From positions 2,144,001 to 2,208,000 of the forward strand of contig OZ244188.1 in NCBI GenBank assembly GCA_965216635.1: a stretch of DNA of 64,000 nt. Direction: 5' to 3'. The stretch's first letter is position 1. Each line of letters opens with the position of its first letter. This document shows, one piece after another, positions 58,342 to 64,000 of this stretch. The DNA is from a bacterium (GTDB taxonomy: Bacteria > SAR324 > XYD2-FULL-50-16 > G965216635). A model generated the notes under the pieces. The model did not search any database and had not been told where the DNA came from. It saw nothing but the letters and a program-made list of their open reading frames with translations. Made by a program: the position numbers and the translations under genes.

Positions 58342-60008
58342 TTTTTTACTAGTTTATCTAAAAAATTTTTAATATCACTATGTATTTCTTCTGGTTTCAT
58401 TTTCTCTGCTATTTGGTAGTAATCGCTTTTTTGGAGAGGAAAATCTTTAAAAAATTCAGGCAACAATTCTTTACTTGCTGCGGTTACTTTCAGGTAATGG
58501 TGATTTCCTAATGGATTCTTCATTATAGCGGGTGGCAATAAATTTTCCATTTTTGGACGAGTAAGTATGTCTCCTCCAATCCGATTAATAACATCAGGAT
58601 GGATCAGATAGTTTTCTATTTCATAGCGATCCCAAATATGAATTTCTAACTCTTTATAACTTGATTTTCTTGCTGCATCTTCTCTATTATCACCATCCAA
58701 TAATATCAGTCCTTTCATATCTTTTTGGAGCGCCTGTAAAGCCAAAAAATGCCCCGATGCTTCACTGGGTTTGCGTCCTCGCAGAGAAAAATTGAATCCG
58801 TTAATTAATTTTTTATATGCTTCGTGCTTCAAGACTTTTGCCCAGGCTTGAAGTATATTCAAATCGCTTTCGTTTTCTATGTATAAGATAAATTTTTCTT
58901 CAGACATAGTTATATCCATAGAAGAAAGCTTTTTGAGTGCTTCTCTTACTTGATTTCTTTCTATGTTTTTAAGTAAAATACGAGGCTCGTTATAAAAAGA
59001 GATGATTTTATTTGCTGGTGTGTTATCAATTAAAACTTCAGAGTGAGTAGCAATAATGAGCTGAGATTTTTCTTTTTGCATCAATTGTTGTAGACGGTGA
59101 TAGATTTGATTTTGTAAAGCAACATGCAAATGAGCGTCTGGTTCGTCTAAAAGAAATACAGATGCAGGTCTTGCGTAGATAAATGCTAGCAAGGTAAGAG
59201 TTTGTAAAAAACCACTACCAGCATTTGCTATATCAAATTTAGGTAGACCTCCATAACCTAGTTTAGGCTTAGGTCTTTCTAAATAATCGCAAAGAATAAA
59301 AGGCTGACCGCTAGATTTTGGTTCCAACAGTTCATAACCAAAAATTTCTTTTATTTCTGCATTAAGATGTTTCCATTTGTTTTCATCTTTGTCTTTAAAA
59401 ATTTCCAAAAGTAGGTTTCTAATAATATCACCGGGTTTGCCCTGTCCAATAAGCCATTGTTGATAGGCTTCGGCGTGAATGGGTTCTTGAACGGCAATTC
59501 CTGAAAAAGAAGGCACATAAACTATATTTTCTTCTGGTAATATCGGAATATCACCTAACGGTCTGGCGTAGATTAATTCTGGATTAGAAAAATAAAATTC
59601 CATTGTAAGTTGCCATTTTTTTTCATTGGTTTTGCCTTCAAGGATAATATACATAAAACGGGGAGTTCCTACTTTACCTTCTCCTTTTTTAAAAGAAGTA
59701 GAAGCGTCTTTCCATAATAGTTTGAGCGAACGCAAAGGCATACTAAGCAAACCCTCGCGAGTGATAGCAATACCTGTTCGTTTTTTTGTATCAGGATGTT
59801 CTTTTTTTGTTCGTGATTTGTTTTTAGTGTTTGGAGAAAATTCTTCTTTTCCTTTCCATTTATTCAAAGCAAAATTCCAAGTCGCTATAGCTTGCATTAG
59901 AGTGGTTTTACCTGTGTTATTGGGACCAGCAAGAACAACAGTGTTTTCAATATCAAATTCTTGTTTTTCAAATCTTTTAAAATTTTTTAAAATAACTTTT
60001 TCTATCAT
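58338..60008 (-). CDS. ABC/AAA ATPase with C-terminal TOPRIM-like region (OLD-family-like)
   Basis: GPNNTGKTT, GSG, LLDEPDAHLH, ATHS; YIENESD, LDGD, EIENYL. Confidence 0.75.
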   Translation of the reverse strand: MIEKVILKNFKRFEKQEFDIENTVVLAGPNNTGKTTLMQAIATWNFALNKWKGKEEFSPNTKNKSRTKKEHPDTKKRTGIAITREGLLSMPLRSLKLLWKDASTSFKKGEGKVGTPRFMYIILEGKTNEKKWQLTMEFYFSNPELIYARPLGDIPILPEENIVYVPSFSGIAVQEPIHAEAYQQWLIGQGKPGDIIRNLLLEIFKDKDENKWKHLNAEIKEIFGYELLEPKSSGQPFILCDYLERPKPKLGYGGLPKFDIANAGSGFLQTLTLLAFIYARPASVFLLDEPDAHLHVALQNQIYHRLQQLMQKEKSQLIIATHSEVLIDNTPANKIISFYNEPRILLKNIERNQVREALKKLSSMDITMSEEKFILYIENESDLNILQAWAKVLKHEAYKKLINGFNFSLRGRKPSEASGHFLALQALQKDMKGLILLDGDNREDAARKSSYKELEIHIWDRYEIENYLIHPDVINRIGGDILTRPKMENLLPPAIMKNPLGNHHYLKVTAASKELLPEFFKDFPLQKSDYYQIAEKMKPEEIHSDIKNFLDKLVKK

Positions 60009-60019
60009 TAGGATTTTTT

Positions 60020-61225
60020 TTAAGAAGGATTTTGATTAAATTTTAAAAAAACGGTGGTAGGTTTATTTTCAGTAGATTCTATCCAAATTTCTGCCTGATG
60101 TTCGTCTAGGATATTTTTAGTAATAGACATGCCTAAACCTATGCCTTTATCTTTGGTAGTATAAAAAGGAGTAAAAATTTGTTTTTTTGTTGCTTCAGAC
60201 ATACCGCAACCCCAATCTTGGATAGAAACAATAAGCTCCTCGTTGTGTAAAGTGGTTTTATCTTTTTGTGATAGGTGCTTGTTTTGGATAGTAATAATAA
60301 TAGAATTTTTCTTGTGTCCCATTTGAGGTTTAGATGTTTGTAACGCCTGCAAAGCATTATTGAAAATATTATTGAATACCTGAATCAATAGTTCTTGGTC
60401 TCCTTCTATAAATGGATTTTGTAGCTGTTGTTCTTCTATGAGCAGTTCGTATTTTTGTTGTCTAGCTAGCGGTTGATTCATTTTACAAAATTTTTGCAAT
60501 AGCTTTTGCAGATTGATTTGTTTTTTGTTCACCTGCAAAGGTTTGGTATATTGTAAAAGATTACTGATAACATAGTTGGCGGTTTTAACGCTTTGTTGAA
60601 TATAGCTTACTGTCTCTAAATTTTCTGAATCCTCTTTAAATTCTTTTGCTAGCATAGAAGAAAAAAGGTCAATACTTGTTAAAGGGTTTCTAATTTCGTG
60701 AGCAATACTTGCAGCCATTTTCCCCATGATAGTCAGCCTATTTTTTCTTTCTGCTTCTTGTTTTAACTTTTCTACTAGAGTGATATTTTCTATATGAACA
60801 ATAAATCCTGCAGTAGTCTGGAGCGGCACTAAAGTATATTCTAGTTTTTGTTCTATCTGGTTTTTATTAGCGTAAGCGAATTGCTTACTTACAAGATGAG
60901 TTTTTTCGCCCTTTCTTTGTAGAGAAATGAGATTATCGGGAATAATTTGCATTCCAAAAAGATTATTGATCTTTTTACCCTGTGCATCTTTGGAGGCTAT
61001 TTTCGTGAATTCTGAGATTGTTTTGTTAAAATGGACTATAACGCCTTGTGTATCAGTAGCAATCAGCCCTTGTGGCAGACTTTCTATAATATCTTGTAGT
61101 TCTAGGTTTTTTGTTTTTAACTCATCGTTAAGCCTAATGGTGAGTTTTACAAGCTCTGTATTTCCACTCGTTATTTTTTGTAGCTGTTTTTCTAAATCTT
61201 TTATATCAAACGGAGTATTTGGCAT
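60020..61225 (-). CDS. PAS-domain sensor histidine kinase (NtrB/FlgS-like)
   Basis: AHEIRNPL, NIFNNA, DWGCGM, IFTPFYTTK..GIGLG. Confidence 0.92.
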   Translation of the reverse strand: MPNTPFDIKDLEKQLQKITSGNTELVKLTIRLNDELKTKNLELQDIIESLPQGLIATDTQGVIVHFNKTISEFTKIASKDAQGKKINNLFGMQIIPDNLISLQRKGEKTHLVSKQFAYANKNQIEQKLEYTLVPLQTTAGFIVHIENITLVEKLKQEAERKNRLTIMGKMAASIAHEIRNPLTSIDLFSSMLAKEFKEDSENLETVSYIQQSVKTANYVISNLLQYTKPLQVNKKQINLQKLLQKFCKMNQPLARQQKYELLIEEQQLQNPFIEGDQELLIQVFNNIFNNALQALQTSKPQMGHKKNSIIITIQNKHLSQKDKTTLHNEELIVSIQDWGCGMSEATKKQIFTPFYTTKDKGIGLGMSITKNILDEHQAEIWIESTENKPTTVFLKFNQNPS

Positions 61226-61349
61226 CTTATCTGGTATTTTATCTGGGCATTTTATCTGGTATTTTATCTGGGCATCTTATCTGGGCATTTTATCTGGTAT
61301 TTTATCTGGGCATTTTATCTGGGCATTTTATCTGGGCATTTTATCTGGG
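61221..61349. repeat. Tandem repeat of ten 12/13-bp units GG(C/T)AT(T/C)TTATCT(G) containing the kinase start codon
   Basis: Direct inspection. Confidence 0.95.
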
Positions 61350-61405
61350 TCATCTTTGGGAAAGAAAAGGAATTTTTAGATAAGTCTAGCTAATCCAAAA
61401 AAAAA

Positions 61406-61957
61406 CTAAAATTGAAATTTTGTTATAATATTATCCGCCAAACCATAATTCACTGCCTCTTCGGCAGAAAACCAGTGATCTTGATCTATATCTTTAAGGA
61501 TTTTTTGAAGATTTTTTCCCGTTTTTTTTTGGTACAAAGTAGCAATAAGTTTTTTTGTTTTTTCTATTTCCTCTGCTGTGATAACCAAATCTGAAGCTTT
61601 GGCGACAACATTTTGCATTAAAGGCTGATGAATCATAACTCTACTTCGCACAGTGATGCTGCAACAACCACTAGCACCTCCTATCAATAAAATAGAGCCC
61701 ATACTAGCCGCCAACCCAACCACAATGGTGTGGACTGGAGATTGAATTAACTGCATAAAATCGTAGATTGCCATACCGCTGCTGACCTGTCCGCCGGGGC
61801 TGTTAATAATTAAACGGATAGGCTTGTTAGATTCCTGCTCTAACATCAATAACTCTTTTAAGATTCTATCTGCAACTTCGTCATCTATTGCAGAAGAACA
61901 AATAATAGTTCTAGTTTTGAGAGGATTATAAAAATATTTTTTATTTTTTTTTTCCAT
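61406..61957 (-). CDS. clpP: ATP-dependent Clp protease proteolytic subunit
   Basis: INSPGG, GLAASMGS, VMIHQP, AEEAVNYGLAD. Confidence 0.93.
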   Translation of the reverse strand: MEKKNKKYFYNPLKTRTIICSSAIDDEVADRILKELLMLEQESNKPIRLIINSPGGQVSSGMAIYDFMQLIQSPVHTIVVGLAASMGSILLIGGASGCCSITVRSRVMIHQPLMQNVVAKASDLVITAEEIEKTKKLIATLYQKKTGKNLQKILKDIDQDHWFSAEEAVNYGLADNIITKFQF

Positions 61958-62166
61958 CAAGTTCTTATATTTTTTAAAAAATCTTTATAATTACAATCCT
62001 AAAATAAAATTAATATTAAAGCAAGGAGAAGTGATTTATAATAAAAATATCTGAGAATTTTGAATTATTGCTCCGTTTGATTGAAAAGTATTTGTTTTAA
62101 TTTTTATTTTTTGCTATTTTTAATCTTTATAATTACAATCTTTAGAAACTGTTTAATTAAATTAAA

Positions 62167-62250
62167 TAGACCTTTGAATTTGCCAAATAGAACAAAACTA
62201 GCTGTGACGTCTAGGCAAGGCTAAACTAGACAAGCAAATTCAAAAGTCTA
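62167..62250. mobile_element. Short family-A MITE-like element
   Basis: TAGACCTTTGAATTTGC ... GCAAATTCAAAAGTCTA. Confidence 0.85.
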
Positions 62251-62262
62251 TTAAATTCATAA

Positions 62263-62934
62263 ATGATACAATATATACCCAACATCCTCAGTATTTCAAG
62301 ACCTTTTTTTGCCATTTTTATTATTATTCTGTTGTCAAAAGACTTACTACTATACTCTTTTATCAGCTGTGTTCTGGCGGGCATTACAGATGTCTACGAT
62401 GGAATGCTAGCACGAGAATATAAAATAACCTCTAGTTTGGGAGCTGTGTTAGATCCTATTATGGATAAATTATTTGTTTTGATGCTTTCTACTTTTTTAT
62501 TTTTTTATTACGACAAAGAAAAAGCTATTTGGCTTATTACACTGCTGACTTTGTGGTTTATTATGGTTTGGGTAAGAAATATTTCTCAGTTGTTAGCCGT
62601 ACCGATTCTAAAAATAGCAAAAAAAAAATTTAAGGTGAAACCGAAACTTTTTGCAAAATGGGGGACTGTTTTTAATTTTATTGTTTTGGCAGCACTAATT
62701 TTTTTTGAAACACTGCAAAAATTTCATTTATCGTCTACTCTTTTGCAAGACAATAAATTTTTTAATATTTTAACTATACCGTTAACAATTACTGTGGATT
62801 TTATCTATAATTACACCCATTTCACACTTCTTTTATTGATTGTCTGCAGTCTTTTTTTTGAATTGTTGATTTTTATAACCTTTTTGCCTAGGTTTATTCA
62901 AATATTACTGGGTAGGCACGATACTTTTCACTAG
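62263..62934 (+). CDS. CDP-alcohol phosphatidyltransferase (PgsA-like)
   Basis: IPNILSISR, TDVYDGMLAR...S.LGAVLDPIMDK. Confidence 0.9.
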   Translation: MIQYIPNILSISRPFFAIFIIILLSKDLLLYSFISCVLAGITDVYDGMLAREYKITSSLGAVLDPIMDKLFVLMLSTFLFFYYDKEKAIWLITLLTLWFIMVWVRNISQLLAVPILKIAKKKFKVKPKLFAKWGTVFNFIVLAALIFFETLQKFHLSSTLLQDNKFFNILTIPLTITVDFIYNYTHFTLLLLIVCSLFFELLIFITFLPRFIQILLGRHDTFH

Positions 62935-62963
62935 AGACTGCTGTATTCGCGATTCTAGTTTGC

Positions 62964-64000
62964 CTAAAAAGGATAACCAAAAAATACAGTAGTCTCACTC
63001 CCTTCCTCACTAAAACCAACATCTAATCTGAAGATAAAGCTAGAAAGCACAGCACGTATCCCAAAGCCGTAGGAATTTTTTATATTTTTCCAAAGCTCAC
63101 CTATACGGGGAGCTACAGTTCCCTGTTCGTAAAAAGCAGCTAATTGCATACTCGTATATACTCCTTTTTCCACAACCCAATCAAAAGCCTTTTCTGTTTC
63201 TAGGAGATAATAGCGAAATTCTACGCCTTGAAAATTGGCATAGGAATCAAAAAACCTTCCTTGTGGATAGCCACGCAAACGCAGAGATCCTCCGAGCGCA
63301 GTAGCGTTGCCTAATCTGGCTTCTTCTGTTGCTGTGCTGAGTCTTTTTTCTAAAATATCTGTAACACCAGCATCACTACAATTTAATGGCTCTGCTATAT
63401 TTTCATTTATTTTGGCACAATCATAATTATCTGGATTTACAGTTCCCTCTTGGGTAACTACGGCTTCGGAATAGAATTGATTGAGAACTAAGACTCCTTT
63501 TTTATTTTTTGTTAGCGGAATAAAACCAGTGAGGTTATAATCGTTTTGATAAAAGGCAGGAGCCTCTCCTTGGCTAGAAGGCAAATTGTATCTTTCGTAT
63601 TGCAACCTATAACCTATTCTAGGGTCTCTACGGCTATCGGTATCGTCTAGGTAGACTCCCCATCTTCCGCCGTCGCCTCTACTAGCTACCTTTGCTGCAT
63701 CTGCCCGTGTGAATTTCCCATTCGTATCTACAAAACCCAATGGGTCAGCTTCTCCCGTGGTAATGTTGTAATAAATTTCTAGCTGCTTCTCAAAAAAATA
63801 CAAGGAAAGTTCTCCTCCTCTAAAATTGGATTTATTTAAAAGGATGTAATTGAAATCATCAAGTTGAGAATCTATGCCCCTTTCTCTTTGGGCTACAGCA
63901 AAATTATTTATATCACCAGCGTAAAGAGAAAACGTGATCAGGTCTTTAAATTCTAGAGAATTGGGAAAAAACAATCTAGAAACAGGTATATCTGTAGCCA
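62964..64000 (-). CDS. Omp85/BamA-TamA family outer-membrane protein (3' part; frame open to window end)
   Basis: LGGSLRLRGY...RF, YGFGIR, C-terminal FFGYPF. Confidence 0.75.
   Translation of the reverse strand, partial: ATDIPVSRLFFPNSLEFKDLITFSLYAGDINNFAVAQRERGIDSQLDDFNYILLNKSNFRGGELSLYFFEKQLEIYYNITTGEADPLGFVDTNGKFTRADAAKVASRGDGGRWGVYLDDTDSRRDPRIGYRLQYERYNLPSSQGEAPAFYQNDYNLTGFIPLTKNKKGVLVLNQFYSEAVVTQEGTVNPDNYDCAKINENIAEPLNCSDAGVTDILEKRLSTATEEARLGNATALGGSLRLRGYPQGRFFDSYANFQGVEFRYYLLETEKAFDWVVEKGVYTSMQLAAFYEQGTVAPRIGELWKNIKNSYGFGIRAVLSSFIFRLDVGFSEEGSETTVFFGYPF

Noticed and set aside
60927..61379. 150-aa plus-strand ORF with GILS repeats
   Set aside because: Antisense to the kinase plus translation of the tandem repeat

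Overview
AT-rich bacterial chromosomal window with a Gram-negative envelope (lptB, Omp85) and a housekeeping backbone (corC-like, topA, fliM-like, lptB, asd, U32 peptidase, oadA/oadB-like, prpDBC, short MetE-like, clpP). No rRNA, tRNA, CRISPR array, transposase or integrase was recognised. Four accessory signals stand out. (1) An 11.7-23.8 kb variable-envelope locus holds four mosaic paralogs of a predicted 8-stranded beta-barrel OMP with two very large variable insertions and 0-3 tandem copies of a shared promoter module, next to four Bdr/DUF1640-like coiled-coil membrane proteins with variable repeat number. (2) A pair of near-identical MTase::GIY-YIG(T5orf172) genes differ almost only in one short patch. 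(3) A type I R-M locus has a HEPN gene followed by an MNT domain fused in frame to HsdS, and a stack of cassettes bounded by copies of the hsdR start. (4) A pervasive, modular, nested family of MITE/RPE-like palindromic elements sits on stop codons and next to start codons. One copy carries an exact 25-nt match to the Bro-N gene about 6 kb away, in antisense orientation relative to the transcript expected to cross it. All family assignments come from motif recognition by eye, not database searches.
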